From contig JAGVXY010000011.1 in the NCBI GenBank assembly GCA_018303545.1, forward strand, positions 1,466-65,465: a stretch of DNA of 64,000 nt, read 5' to 3'. Position 1 is the stretch's first letter. Each line of letters begins with the position of its first letter. Below the pieces are notes generated by a model. That model searched no databases, had not been told where the DNA came from, and saw nothing but the letters and a program-made list of their open reading frames with translations. Positions 1 through 10,751 of the stretch are shown here, piece after piece. The position numbers were made by a program, and so were the translations under genes. The DNA comes from Candidatus Woesearchaeota archaeon. Lineage in GTDB: Archaea > Nanobdellota > Nanobdellia > SCGC-AAA011-G17 > JAGVXY01.

Positions 1-1862
1 CCATAGTCCTCAAAATCTCCATTTAAATCCAAATAAACTTCTTTCCAGAGCGTATCTTGAGGTGTTAATCTTACAGTGGTAGTTCTCATCAGTGTATTCT
101 GCAGATTATTTATTCCTATCTCTACTGTCTGATCCATGTGCCCCGTATTTTCTATTTTTACATAAAATCTTAGTTCATTGCCATTCTGATAATAATCTGT
201 AGCCCTAATAAAGAACTCTTCATTATCTGCATATACCACATCTTCTTCAGTATTATCATGTACACTTTGACATCCAGGATCCTGCATATCTATCAGACCA
301 TCTCCGTCATTATCCAAACCGTCTTCACATGCATGAATTATTGTATCATTGATATCCTGCTCTGAATTATCCTTAGAGGAGGTACATCCAGGGTCTAAAG
401 GATAGTCTATCTTGCCGTCTCCATCATTGTCTATACCGTCTGAGCATTGGTAAACTGCGTTATTTTCATCATTATCATTTGCATTTTCACAGCCAGGATC
501 ATTGGGATAATCTATTAGGCCATCTCCATCATTATCAAGGTTATCTGAGCATTGTGAGACAAAATTGTACTCATCATTGTCTATTAAACTTAAACAGCCC
601 GGATCATTAGGATAATCAATCAAGCCATCTCCATCATTATCAAGGTTATCTGAGCATTGGTAAACAGGCGGATTATTATTTGTTTCATCGTCATCATACG
701 GATTTGAGCAGCCAGGATCATTAGGATAATCAATCAAGCCATCTCCATCATTATCAAGGTTATCTGAGCATTGATATGAAGTTGAATTTCCATCATCAAC
801 ATTAATCCAAACAGTTGCCGAATCTGATGCTAAATCATTGTCAAAAACCGTTAAAGTAGCCTGATAAATTCCGATATTATCATACTCATGTTCTACATTT
901 TTTCCAAACCAAATGCTTCCATCTCCAAAAGACCAAAAGTAAAACATTATTTGACCATCTAAATCATACGAAAATGAACCATCAAACTCGACGTTAAATG
1001 GTTCAATTCCAGTATTTCCTGGCTCAATTTGTATTATTGCAACAGGCAGTAAATTATTCGAAGTTCCATTGTCCAATACTGTTACTATAAAGGTATCCTC
1101 AGACATTAATTGTCCATCAGAAACCTGAACTTTTATCTGTGTTATTCCAACTTGCTGTGGAATTCCAAACACAAGTAAATTTCCATTTTGAATAGTTGCA
1201 CTAACAATCTCCGGATGAGTATTATCTAGAATTGTGAAAGTAAGCTCTGAATCTTGCTGCTCATTATCGCTGGCAAAATAATCTAATAGTATTGAATTCA
1301 TAGGCTGGTCAACAATAGCAACCTGATCTGGAATATCAATATGCGGGGGAGTATTAAAACCAGGATTAACTCCATTTATTACTCTGATAAAAGCCCATGC
1401 GCCTAATCCCTGATAACCTGTGGCAGTGAAATCAACCTGATAATATCCAGTGTACTGCGGATCATAATTCCAGCATTGCTGCTTGACTTGTCCAGGCATT
1501 AAAACAATTGATTCTTTGTTTATTATATCTCTAAGTATCTGAGGTTCATTATAATCCCAGACATTGTTTGCCAAAGTCCATTCATCAATTGCAGGAAAAC
1601 CTGAAGAAACATCAATTCCATTGCTCGTAGTTAATGAAAAGAAATAAGCCCTAGGCCTTAGGTTTATAGCATAATTATTTTCGTTTTTGTAGTCAACACA
1701 GATGTTTGCATTTTCAATATTAATATTGTAAGCGGCAGTTGGAACTTTATACCCGTATGGGGATGAAATCTCCACACCTTGCGCAGAGCTACCATCTCCT
1801 GCATCTACTGCTAATACGGCAAACATCAATACAATTACCAGCAAAAATAGTTTATGTAACAT
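1..1862 (-). CDS. Secreted/surface protein with PKD domain and five Ca-binding-like CSDxLDNDGDGLIDYPNDPGC repeats (runs off the window start)
   Basis: Not in the ORF track. ATG at 1862 gives signal peptide MLHKLFLLVIVLMFAVLAVDA. PKD signature FDGSFSYDLDG...WSFGDG..HEY..G.Y.ATLTV.D at about 810-1050. TATA-like element upstream at about 1886-1903. Confidence 0.85.
   Translation of the reverse strand, partial: MLHKLFLLVIVLMFAVLAVDAGDGSSAQGVEISSPYGYKVPTAAYNINIENANICVDYKNENNYAINLRPRAYFFSLTTSNGIDVSSGFPAIDEWTLANNVWDYNEPQILRDIINKESIVLMPGQVKQQCWNYDPQYTGYYQVDFTATGYQGLGAWAFIRVINGVNPGFNTPPHIDIPDQVAIVDQPMNSILLDYFASDNEQQDSELTFTILDNTHPEIVSATIQNGNLLVFGIPQQVGITQIKVQVSDGQLMSEDTFIVTVLDNGTSNNLLPVAIIQIEPGNTGIEPFNVEFDGSFSYDLDGQIMFYFWSFGDGSIWFGKNVEHEYDNIGIYQATLTVFDNDLASDSATVWINVDDGNSTSYQCSDNLDNDGDGLIDYPNDPGCSNPYDDDETNNNPPVYQCSDNLDNDGDGLIDYPNDPGCLSLIDNDEYNFVSQCSDNLDNDGDGLIDYPNDPGCENANDNDENNAVYQCSDGIDNDGDGKIDYPLDPGCTSSKDNSEQDINDTIIHACEDGLDNDGDGLIDMQDPGCQSVHDNTEEDVVYADNEEFFIRATDYYQNGNELRFYVKIENTGHMDQTVEIGINNLQNTLMRTTTVRLTPQDTLWKEVYLDLNGDFEDY
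245..774 (-). repeat. Five coding tandem repeats (about 105-115 bp period) encoding C(S/E)D(N/G)xDNDGDGxIDxxxDPGC
   Basis: Copies at about 599-659 and 713-772 are nearly identical at DNA level; the other copies are more diverged. Confidence 0.9.
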
Positions 1863-1941
1863 TTCTTTGCTGTCAAGTAACAACTAATATTTAAAGCTTT
1901 CGAAAGTTGCCACTATAAAGTTTAGACAATACTGAAAATCC

Positions 1942-2574
1942 CTAAATTAACAACTCCGGTAGATTAGCTGCAGATTTAATAATTCTCCAAGGTCTCTGTT
2001 TTTTAAGTTCTTTTTGACCATGTACTGTGCCTGTTAAAACGCCTATTGGTCTTGCTCTTGCTCTCTTCCCTGCCTTAATATCGTATATAGTATCTCCTAC
2101 CATATAATCTGCTTTCAAATGCAATATTTTTTCAGCCTTCTTTATCTCTTCAGGATTTGGCTTCCCATCGTGAACCTCATCGCCGCCAATTATAACATCA
2201 AAAAGCTTAAAGTCTATTTTAGCCCCTTTGAGGAGGGCCATAACTTCCCTATGGCTTGAATTTGAAAGCAATGCCAAATTATAATGTTTTTTTAGTTTAA
2301 TCAATGCATTTTTTACACCAGGAAACGCCTTAGCATATTTGTGTGTTTTCTTAACAACTAAAGTTCTGTGTTCTTCAACGATCGTAGGAATAATCTTTTT
2401 GGGATAACCTAATCGTTCCAAGATTATATGTAAAGGCAACCCAAATAATTTCAAGAATTCCTCATTTGAATGGTCTTTCAGCCTATATTTTTTTAAGGTG
2501 GCATGTATAGCAGTCAAATGAACCTTATCGGAATAAATTAAAGTCCCATCAAGATCAAAGCAAATAAGCCTCAT
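1942..2574 (-). CDS. HAD family hydrolase, phosphoglycolate phosphatase-like
   Basis: FDLDGTL motif I, LLSN motif II, KP and MVGDTIYD motifs III/IV. Confidence 0.88.
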   Translation of the reverse strand: MRLICFDLDGTLIYSDKVHLTAIHATLKKYRLKDHSNEEFLKLFGLPLHIILERLGYPKKIIPTIVEEHRTLVVKKTHKYAKAFPGVKNALIKLKKHYNLALLSNSSHREVMALLKGAKIDFKLFDVIIGGDEVHDGKPNPEEIKKAEKILHLKADYMVGDTIYDIKAGKRARARPIGVLTGTVHGQKELKKQRPWRIIKSAANLPELLI

Positions 2575-3367
2575 TTTTTATAAGTTTCCTCGCTCTTTTA
2601 GCATATTTTTTAGGTTTGAAGATGCCCTGTTCGCATACAATTCCTTTTATAAACTTAAATGGTACAGCATCAAAGGCAGGATTCATAATCTTTACCTTCT
2701 TCGGCGGTCTTTCCCAAATCTCTTTAATATCTCTAAATTCCATTTCCGTTTTTCTGTCATAATCATATTTCAGCAGAGAAGTAACATGGTAAACTGGCTT
2801 TCTGTAATAATGCGCTATCATGGCAATATTCATACTCCCTATTTTATTAAATACTACTTTCCTTACCGCTCCTTCTACGGAGTCCGCTCCAAGCAAGACT
2901 AAATCACATTCTTTCAGATATGTCTCTGCAGCAGAATCGACAAAATGTATGGTCTTTATTCCAAAATTAGTGAGTTCTTTAGCCGTCATTCTTCCTTGAA
3001 ATCTCGGCCTTGATTCAGTGCAGTAAACAGTAATATTTTTCTTTTTAACTTCTTTCAAAACGGCAATCACAGAACCAGAATGGCAGTGCGTAAATATTTT
3101 GGAATTATTTCTTATTAACTTAGCCCCATTAATAGCAATTCTTTTCTTCATCTCTTTCATATAATGCACTGCAACAGGAAAATTCTTCTTTGGATCCTTA
3201 GTCACAAAACGAACCAAGTTCCTTAGGGCTGGTTCAGTAGGTCTTAATTTCAATATTTCGTTGGGTCTATTCTTCTTAGTTAACGCAAGAATTCCCGCCA
3301 AAGCAACCCTATTTGCCCCCTGAATCTCTAAGTTCTTAATCTTTCTCTTTATTTCATTAAAATTCAT
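2555..3367 (-). CDS. Ribose-1,5-bisphosphate isomerase (eIF-2B alpha/beta/delta family)
   Basis: IQGA, RPTEPALRN, THCHS (catalytic Cys), ESRP.FQG, GADS (catalytic Asp), NKIGS, NPAFD. Confidence 0.8.
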   Translation of the reverse strand: MNFNEIKRKIKNLEIQGANRVALAGILALTKKNRPNEILKLRPTEPALRNLVRFVTKDPKKNFPVAVHYMKEMKKRIAINGAKLIRNNSKIFTHCHSGSVIAVLKEVKKKNITVYCTESRPRFQGRMTAKELTNFGIKTIHFVDSAAETYLKECDLVLLGADSVEGAVRKVVFNKIGSMNIAMIAHYYRKPVYHVTSLLKYDYDRKTEMEFRDIKEIWERPPKKVKIMNPAFDAVPFKFIKGIVCEQGIFKPKKYAKRARKLIKNEAYLL

Positions 3368-3425
3368 ATACTTAATAATATTAAAAGAAATTTATAAGCT
3401 TTGTTATTTTAAAGTGAAACTATAC

Positions 3426-3680
3426 TCACTCCAGCAGTGACTTCTTATTGATCTTACTTTTTACTTTATTTATTTCTTCATCTAGCTTATTCAGTTGTTT
3501 ATTTATTTTATTTAAAGAGATATTGCCCGACCTATTAATCGCTCGGGGTTCAGGTATTTCCATATTAATTTCATTTTTTTCAACAATTTTTTTTGATGGT
3601 GCTAATTTCATCTTTTTCTGATCTGCAACTTCTTCCCATGAAGGCAACTCCTCAGGTGCTCCATTATTAATAATGTCCAT
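3426..3680 (-). CDS. Small hypothetical protein with C-terminal coiled coil
   Basis: ORF track 3426..3722; the ATG at 3680 is preferred because GGAGG precedes it. Confidence 0.6.
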   Translation of the reverse strand: MDIINNGAPEELPSWEEVADQKKMKLAPSKKIVEKNEINMEIPEPRAINRSGNISLNKINKQLNKLDEEINKVKSKINKKSLLE

Positions 3681-3799
3681 TTTATTTCCTCCAAACTTCA
3701 TATAATTAACTACAATTAACATAATTCTCTTTAGTATATAAATCTTTTTTTATAAATTCAGCAAAACCTTTTTAAATTGCTCTAAACCCTAAATTCACT

Positions 3800-5512
3800 A
3801 TGTTAAGAAAACTAATACTTACAGTAATGGGTCATGTAGATCATGGAAAAACATCTATACTAGATTTTATTAGAAAGACCTCTGTTTTCAAAGGTGAAGC
3901 AGGAGGTATAACCCAGATGATTAGCTCTTCGGTATTATCTTTAAATCAAATTAAAGAAGTCTGCGGCAAACTTTTAGAAAATAAAAATATTACTATTCCC
4001 GGTCTAATAGCAATAGACACACCAGGTCATGCTGCATTCTCTTCATTAAGAAAACGTGGAGGTTCTTTAGCAGATATCGCAATTTTAGTAATTGATATCA
4101 ATGAAGGCATAAAGCCTCAGACGATAGAAAGTTTAAATATATTAAAACAGTCTAAAACCCCATTTATCATAGCGACAAATAAAATTGATTTGATAAACGG
4201 ATGGCATTCAAATAAAAATTCATTTATCTTAAAAAACATCGAATCACAAGGCCCTTCAGTTCAAACAAAATTGGATATGCAATTATACGAAATTGTTGGG
4301 AGATTGCATGAGGAGGGATTCCCATCAGAAAGATTTGATAGAATTGATGATTATACAAAATCCATAGCAATCGTTCCGTGTTCAGCTTTAACCGGTGAAG
4401 GTCTTCCAGAATTATTAATGGTAGTCACGGGATTAGCTCAAAAATATTTAGAGCAGGATTTAGAATTCAATGCTAATTCTCCTGCAAAAGGTACGATTTT
4501 AGAAGTTCGTGAGCAGAAAGGAGTCGGCCAGGCAATTGATGCAATAATTTATGATGGACAAATTAAAGTCAATGATATCATTGTAATAGGGGGTATTGAT
4601 GGGCCCATAGTTACAAAAATTCGAGGCTTGTTCGAGCAGGAAAAAAGCAAATTAAACTCTGTAAAAAAATCCACTGCTGCAGCAGCTATAAGAATTTCAG
4701 CACCAGACATTGATAAGGTTATTTCTGGTATGCCCTTCGTTGTAGCTATAAATATTGAAGAGGCTAAAATTCAAGTTCAAAAAGAAATTCAGGATATCAC
4801 AATAGAAACAGAGAAAGATGGAGTTGTTATCAAAGCAGATAGTTTGGGTTCTTTAGAAGCGATGATTAATCTTCTTAAAGATAAAAAAATAACAATAAAA
4901 CATGCTTCAATCGGCCATATTACTAAAAAAGACCTTTCATTAGCAGAATCAGCAAAAGATGAAACAAATAAAGTCGTTTTAGGTTTCAATGTCAATTCTC
5001 AAGATTTAAACCCTGAAGTTAAAATTATAACTCATGATATAATTTACAGAATAATTGAAGAGTACCTTAAATGGAGAGAATCAAAGCAAAAAGAATTAGA
5101 GACAATCAAATTAGAAAAATTACCAAAGCCATTTAAAATAAAAATATTAAAGGGGTGTATTTTTCGCCAGTCTAATCCAGCCGTTGTCGGCATCGAAGTC
5201 CTTGGTGGTACTATAATTGTAGGATCTCAGATAATGCTTGCCGATGGAAAAAGACTAACTGAAGTTAAATCGATGCAGGAAGACAAAGAAAATGTGCATG
5301 AGGCAAAGAAAGGCGCTCAATTAGCTATTTCACTTCCCAACATAACTTGTGGCCGCCAAATCGTAGAAAATCAAATTTTATATTCAGACATTAATGAAGA
5401 GGAATTCAGACAGTTAAAGGTAATGAAGAAATACCTTTCAAAAGATGATGTCGAAGTTCTTAAAGAAATAGCCAACATAAAAAGGCAAGACAATCCCGTC
5501 TGGGGCGCTTAA
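3800..5512 (+). CDS. infB: Translation initiation factor aIF5B (IF-2)
   Basis: GHVDHGKT, EAGGITQ, DTPGH, NKID motifs; archaeal length of 570 aa. Confidence 0.97.
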   Translation: MLRKLILTVMGHVDHGKTSILDFIRKTSVFKGEAGGITQMISSSVLSLNQIKEVCGKLLENKNITIPGLIAIDTPGHAAFSSLRKRGGSLADIAILVIDINEGIKPQTIESLNILKQSKTPFIIATNKIDLINGWHSNKNSFILKNIESQGPSVQTKLDMQLYEIVGRLHEEGFPSERFDRIDDYTKSIAIVPCSALTGEGLPELLMVVTGLAQKYLEQDLEFNANSPAKGTILEVREQKGVGQAIDAIIYDGQIKVNDIIVIGGIDGPIVTKIRGLFEQEKSKLNSVKKSTAAAAIRISAPDIDKVISGMPFVVAINIEEAKIQVQKEIQDITIETEKDGVVIKADSLGSLEAMINLLKDKKITIKHASIGHITKKDLSLAESAKDETNKVVLGFNVNSQDLNPEVKIITHDIIYRIIEEYLKWRESKQKELETIKLEKLPKPFKIKILKGCIFRQSNPAVVGIEVLGGTIIVGSQIMLADGKRLTEVKSMQEDKENVHEAKKGAQLAISLPNITCGRQIVENQILYSDINEEEFRQLKVMKKYLSKDDVEVLKEIANIKRQDNPVWGA

Positions 5513-5568
5513 AAAAACAGAAATCTTTATAAAGGAATAACCAAAGATAATTACAAAGGTGTTATAAT

Positions 5569-5964
5569 ATGACTGAATTAAAAATTGTGATAAACGATAC
5601 CAAGACAGGAAAAAGCTATGCAAAGACAGCAGAAGATGACAGCTTTTTAGGCCTCAGATTAGGTTCTAAGATTAAAGGCGATGTTATTGGTTTAGATGGC
5701 TATGAATTGGAAATTTCTGGTGGAAGTGATAATGCCGGTTTTCCTATGGTCAGAAAGGTCAACACAACAGCAAGAAAAAGAGTATTGCTTACATGCGGCC
5801 CTGGAATAAAGATAAAGACTAAAGGAGCTAAGATCCGAAAGTCAATCCGTGGCAGCATTATAGCTGACGATATCAAGCACTTAAATTTAAAAGTTATTAA
5901 GTATGGTTCTAAGAGTCTTGAAGAGTCTTTAGGCATAGCACCAAAAGAAGAGAAAAAAGAGTAA
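5569..5964 (+). CDS. rps6e: 30S ribosomal protein S6e
   Basis: GYELEISGGSDNAGFPM, RKSIRG; conserved position after infB. Confidence 0.95.
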   Translation: MTELKIVINDTKTGKSYAKTAEDDSFLGLRLGSKIKGDVIGLDGYELEISGGSDNAGFPMVRKVNTTARKRVLLTCGPGIKIKTKGAKIRKSIRGSIIADDIKHLNLKVIKYGSKSLEESLGIAPKEEKKE

Positions 5965-6048
5965 ATTCTTTAATTATGTTTTTTTAATAAGCTATTTTTC
6001 TAGATAATAAATTAAAGTATAAATAAAGAAGAATAAAAAGAAAAAAAA

Positions 6049-8004
6049 TTAATGCTTTCCGATGAAAAGCAATTTTATGAAATACAATGCGATTGCTATC
6101 AAAGCAATATCTCCAAGTATCCAAATTGTGCTTGACGATCCGGAGGTACCGTTTTTCAACTTGTCAAGCCAACTGGCCTTAGCTTCGTTTGCTTCAATAT
6201 TCAATGCAGCTGCGTCAGTAAAGACAATCTTTCCGTCTTTTTTAGCCACAAAGTTTATGCTGAAAGTTCCTTCAACATCATCCTTTATTGCCATGTCGAA
6301 GTAGATTGTGCTTACCTGCCCCTTTGAGAGCACGACTGTTTTCATCTTAGGTGCCTGAAGAGTAAACTCATCTGTGTTAGCTGCCTCAACCGTAAATTCA
6401 TTGAAGCCCAGCATATTGCTTGTAATCTTTACAGGTATGCTTACTCTCTTTCCAGCAACTGCAGAATATTCATCCTGCAAAACCTCAATTGTAGCATCGC
6501 CTAATATTACTGTGTTGTCTGCATCATCATCTACAACAACATCATCTTCAGTCTGTCCTTCAGCAAGTATTCTTACTTTCTTTGTGAAAGCTTCGCTGTT
6601 CTTGTCGCCATCATCGCAGTATGCGGTGAAAACAATTTCATATTCTCCAGCCTTTACATTACTTGGAATCTTGTAGCTGATTGAGGCAGTGTAATCATCA
6701 CTATCGCCCGCTTTTTCAAGATCGAATGTATTGCTTTCAACAAGGGAATTCTCAATTCCAAGAATTTCCATTGTTACATATGAATCATCTTCATCTGAAG
6801 TGCCTATGTTAAGTACATCCACACTAGCAGACAACAATGAACCAACAGTTACTGCACTAGAAACCTTTACATCTTCAACAATCACCTGATGTTTGTTTCT
6901 TTCCAACTTTATTGGAATTTTAACATAAGAACAGTAGTCGCTTTCATCGCCTTCTTCATAAGCTTTTACATACATATAAAATGTATCGCTACTATCAAGG
7001 TCATAGTCAAATGGCACTTGAAGAGTCATATCAAAAGTTTCACGTTTACCTTCATCAATTGACAAACTATCAGATTCAACAGAGTCTCCGACCTGCTCAT
7101 CCTGGTCTATGTTATAGATGAATGCTTCGACAATCACGCTGTCCATGTCTTCATCATTATCATTTCTTACTTCTGCACCAATATGAATTATTTCTCCAGG
7201 TCTGAACTTGTCTCCAGAATCAGGTTCATCGGTAGTCAATTTTAACTTGCCCATTATTCCGTCATCACAGATTTCAGGTTCAACTTCAATTCTCAAATTG
7301 AAGCTTTTTACTATTCCATTCAAGGTGACATTCACAGGTACAACATATGTGCCATATTCTACATTATCGGCAACATTAACAGTGAAAGTTATATCCTGAG
7401 TCAATCCGCCGTTAATTGAGAACGAAGTTGGTGCATGCGTTATTGTAATCTTATGTCCTTCTCCATCATCAACGCTTGTCTGATAATTTATTGCGGTAGG
7501 TGACAAAGGCACATTGCCTGTATTCACTATCGTTATTTTACCAGTAGCGCCGGTTGTATCAATCTGAGTTGAGATAGTTACATCTGAATCACTCAAAGTA
7601 AAGCTTACGTCTGGCAGTACAGTAACTAACAAATTGAAGCTGTCCGTATTGCTGGAATCAGCTGTATCGGTAACAGTCACAGTACTTGTATATACGCCCT
7701 GGGCAACATATTGCGGCACGTTCACTGTCAGTATCATTGCTTTTGTAGTTCCAGCAGTAACAACTGTACTTGAAGGCCAAGTTATGTATAGCCCGTTTGT
7801 AAAAGCAGTATTAGTAAATGAAACAACCATATCTGTAGCACCACTGTTTGCAACATTAAAGTTGGCAGCTATGCCACTACTATGGTTACCATTCACAGAA
7901 ACACTTGCTTCAACAACATTTAGAGTGCCCACTGCGCTAGCCACGCCTGCAAAAGCAAGCATAACCAATGCCATTATAGCACCCAATAATATTTTTCTGA
8001 TCAT
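6049..8004 (-). CDS. Putative S-layer/surface glycoprotein with multiple Ig-like (CARDB-like) domains and a C-terminal TM anchor
   Basis: Signal peptide, acidic beta-rich repeats such as NTGNVPL and NIGTSDE, many N-X-S/T sites, C-terminal TM. Start at 8004 follows a GGGGG SD-like run (track start 8025). Confidence 0.7.
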   Translation of the reverse strand: MIRKILLGAIMALVMLAFAGVASAVGTLNVVEASVSVNGNHSSGIAANFNVANSGATDMVVSFTNTAFTNGLYITWPSSTVVTAGTTKAMILTVNVPQYVAQGVYTSTVTVTDTADSSNTDSFNLLVTVLPDVSFTLSDSDVTISTQIDTTGATGKITIVNTGNVPLSPTAINYQTSVDDGEGHKITITHAPTSFSINGGLTQDITFTVNVADNVEYGTYVVPVNVTLNGIVKSFNLRIEVEPEICDDGIMGKLKLTTDEPDSGDKFRPGEIIHIGAEVRNDNDEDMDSVIVEAFIYNIDQDEQVGDSVESDSLSIDEGKRETFDMTLQVPFDYDLDSSDTFYMYVKAYEEGDESDYCSYVKIPIKLERNKHQVIVEDVKVSSAVTVGSLLSASVDVLNIGTSDEDDSYVTMEILGIENSLVESNTFDLEKAGDSDDYTASISYKIPSNVKAGEYEIVFTAYCDDGDKNSEAFTKKVRILAEGQTEDDVVVDDDADNTVILGDATIEVLQDEYSAVAGKRVSIPVKITSNMLGFNEFTVEAANTDEFTLQAPKMKTVVLSKGQVSTIYFDMAIKDDVEGTFSINFVAKKDGKIVFTDAAALNIEANEAKASWLDKLKNGTSGSSSTIWILGDIALIAIALYFIKLLFIGKH

Positions 8005-8149
8005 TTTTTTGGTACCCCCTATCAATATTATAGATAGTAGACTCCTTCGTGATAGGTCCCTATATTTAAAGGTTACGGTCTGAAATTAACATCAAGTAGT
8101 AAAAAACAGAAAAGAAAAGCTTTAATTACCGAAGCAGCATAACAAATCC

Positions 8150-9403
8150 ATGGCCTTTAGCAAGCAATTAGCAATAATATATCCAAATAGGGAGTTCGGA
8201 GGAATCTATAGCCTAGGGCCCCTAATCCTCTTTAACATCGTGAACAAAATTCCCGGATGGAGATGCTCAAGGCAGTACCTTGACAGCAATAACTTAAAAG
8301 GAATAAATCTAATAGGCTTTACAATGCAGTATGAACTTGATTTTTACAATTTTGAGAAAATACTTCTAAAAAATAACATTTCATTGGAAAAATCCAGAAA
8401 AGAGATTATATTCGCAGGTGGTCCCTGCGTCAATACTAATACAAAACCAATGGAAAACTATATTGATTTCTTCATTTTAGGCAATGTTGAGAATGTAATT
8501 AGTAGTGTGTTAGAATTATATACTAACAATAAAGATGAATTTTTAAAAAATATCTCAAAAATCAAAGGGGTATATATTCCCGGTTTAAACAAAAAAATCG
8601 ATAATTTCGACATTGATTTAGACAAGATAGAATATCCCATTTTACAACCATTTCCTGATAGAATAACAGAAGAGTTTGTATTCGGCAGAGTTTTTATGCT
8701 TGAAATTGAAAGAGGTTGTCCTTTTGCTTGCAAATTCTGCCTTATGAAAAAGTTTTATGATAAAGTTCATTATAGAAGTTTAGATAATATTAAACAGATA
8801 ATAGATCAGGGAGTAAAAATAAACAAAGTAAATAAGATAATCATATATTCGCCTTCATTCACGCATCCAAAAAGGAAAGAAATATTAAAATACATTCTGT
8901 CTAAGGGATTAGAATTTTCTGTTCCATCATTAAAGGTAGAATATGTTGATAAAGAGCTTTTAGAATTAATTAAAAATGGTGGTCAAAAGACCTTAACTGT
9001 GGCCCCAGAGTGCAATGAACTTTTAAGAAAATCAATAGGAAAAGATATATCCGACGAAATATTCTTTAAATTTATAGATTATGCAAATTTTTACAATTTT
9101 AAAAAAATCAAATATTATATGATGATTGGTCTTCCTGAACAGACAGAAAAGGACTTAGGAGAATTAGTAGATTTCATAGAATTATCAAAGAAAAGATTCA
9201 AGGGGGAATTATACGTTTCTATCAATCCGTTCGTTCCTAAACCAGGCATGCAATTTGAAAACCATATATTTGATAAAAAATTAATCAAAAAGCAGCTTAT
9301 GTTCTTGAAAAAACATCTTAAAGTCAAATTCAAAGTTGCAAATATCAATTTATCTCATAAAGAATGGCTTCTTGCTAATTCATCTGATTTCAGACAGATT
9401 TAG
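8150..9403 (+). CDS. Radical SAM protein with N-terminal B12-binding-like domain
   Basis: RGCPFACKFC; AGGPC..N..P; TVAPE; YYMMIGLP.QT; PFVPKP. Confidence 0.9.
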   Translation: MAFSKQLAIIYPNREFGGIYSLGPLILFNIVNKIPGWRCSRQYLDSNNLKGINLIGFTMQYELDFYNFEKILLKNNISLEKSRKEIIFAGGPCVNTNTKPMENYIDFFILGNVENVISSVLELYTNNKDEFLKNISKIKGVYIPGLNKKIDNFDIDLDKIEYPILQPFPDRITEEFVFGRVFMLEIERGCPFACKFCLMKKFYDKVHYRSLDNIKQIIDQGVKINKVNKIIIYSPSFTHPKRKEILKYILSKGLEFSVPSLKVEYVDKELLELIKNGGQKTLTVAPECNELLRKSIGKDISDEIFFKFIDYANFYNFKKIKYYMMIGLPEQTEKDLGELVDFIELSKKRFKGELYVSINPFVPKPGMQFENHIFDKKLIKKQLMFLKKHLKVKFKVANINLSHKEWLLANSSDFRQI

Positions 9404-9551
9404 GGAATATTTTTATATACCCAAAATAAATCCATTTCAAATATGGATTATAAATTACTTGTTAAAAAAACAGGAATTCTACTACATTAAATTGAGTTAA
9501 TTCCACTCATTGACCTAAAGTTATTTAAAGAATTAAATTAATAACGAATTA

Positions 9552-10052
9552 ATGAAATATGAACATAAATTAGGTTTAAGAGTCATTTTAGCCTTAATCT
9601 TAATTTATCCTGTTTTCAATTTTATTATAACCCCATTAACCAAATATTTGGTATATTTCATTAGTCTCACTTTTTTCAGCATTTCATTAAATAACAACAT
9701 TTTTCAGCTTGGAAATTATCACTTAGAATTCGTTAGCGCCTGTGCAGCAATTTCAGCATATTATCTAATCTTCATTTTAGTTATATTCACTAAAGATTTA
9801 AGTTTTAAAAATACATTTAAGATATTCTTCACCGGGGCTTTATTAATCCTTATAATGAATTTATTGAGAATAGAGTTAATGTTTTTTATTCTAACCAATT
9901 ATAGTTCTAATCTTTTCGATAAGGTTCATCTTTTCTTCTGGGAAATTGTTTCAACACTATATGTTGCAGGAGTTTGGATATTCCTAGTCAAATACTACAA
10001 GATAAAAAGCATACCCTTCTATAGTGATCTAAAAAAACTGATTAAGCGATAA
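9552..10052 (+). CDS. Archaeosortase/exosortase family protein (pacearchaeosortase-like)
   Basis: Multi-TM protein with putative Cys-Arg-His triad: EFVSAC, NLLRI, FDKVHLFFW. Confidence 0.8.
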   Translation: MKYEHKLGLRVILALILIYPVFNFIITPLTKYLVYFISLTFFSISLNNNIFQLGNYHLEFVSACAAISAYYLIFILVIFTKDLSFKNTFKIFFTGALLILIMNLLRIELMFFILTNYSSNLFDKVHLFFWEIVSTLYVAGVWIFLVKYYKIKSIPFYSDLKKLIKR

Positions 10053-10058
10053 ATTTGA

Positions 10059-10616
10059 TTAAATCAGTCGGCCTATCAATAAAACCACAAGGATTCCTGC
10101 AGTATTAAGGGTAAAGGATAATAATACAAAGAGTCTTGTCGAAATTGAATGCGAAATAGCAAACAAAGAAACACCAATTTCATCAGGCAAGGGGGAAGCA
10201 ATTATAAATCCTGCTAAGACTGGGATGAGATATCTTTTTAGTAAATGAGGAATTTTTTTATCAATTCGGTATATTGCCTTTTCTTTAGATAACCTTTCAA
10301 TCTCATCCGAAAAAGAAAATCGAATAAATTTAAAGATTATCAAATCTCCCACCAATGCCCCAAAGCCTGAAATAAACCCGGCCAATAGAAGATTATATTG
10401 TCCAGATATTATCAGTAAAATTGCAGTGGCAGGCGCAGCTGTAAAACCATATGTAAAGAATATCCCTAATAAAAAAAGCCCAAAATATCCAGAAATAATT
10501 AAAAAGTTTTGAAATGGCAAAAAATCTCTTCCTGAAAATATTAAATAGGCAATAACAAATGTAATCCCAAGAAGAATCAGTTTAGGGTATTTTATTTGGG
10601 ATAAAAATTTTCTCAT
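10059..10616 (-). CDS. Conserved membrane protein (DedA/VTT-like)
   Basis: Five hydrophobic segments; GALVGD and IIASPLPDEIG motifs. Confidence 0.65.
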   Translation of the reverse strand: MRKFLSQIKYPKLILLGITFVIAYLIFSGRDFLPFQNFLIISGYFGLFLLGIFFTYGFTAAPATAILLIISGQYNLLLAGFISGFGALVGDLIIFKFIRFSFSDEIERLSKEKAIYRIDKKIPHLLKRYLIPVLAGFIIASPLPDEIGVSLFAISHSISTRLFVLLSFTLNTAGILVVLLIGRLI

Positions 10617-10751
10617 AAAGTTATCATATTTCGAGGATTAATAAAATTTGCGGGTTAAATATCGATATTATCCTAAACTTCGGAAAAAGGGCAGATTAAT
10701 GAAAAAATTTAAAAAGTAATAAAGCCACATTATCTCCAGAGGAGGTGGAAT

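Noticed and set aside
10651-10678. dif/Xer-like site (TTATCCTAAAC arm)
   Set aside because: No matching inverted left arm at 6-bp spacing.
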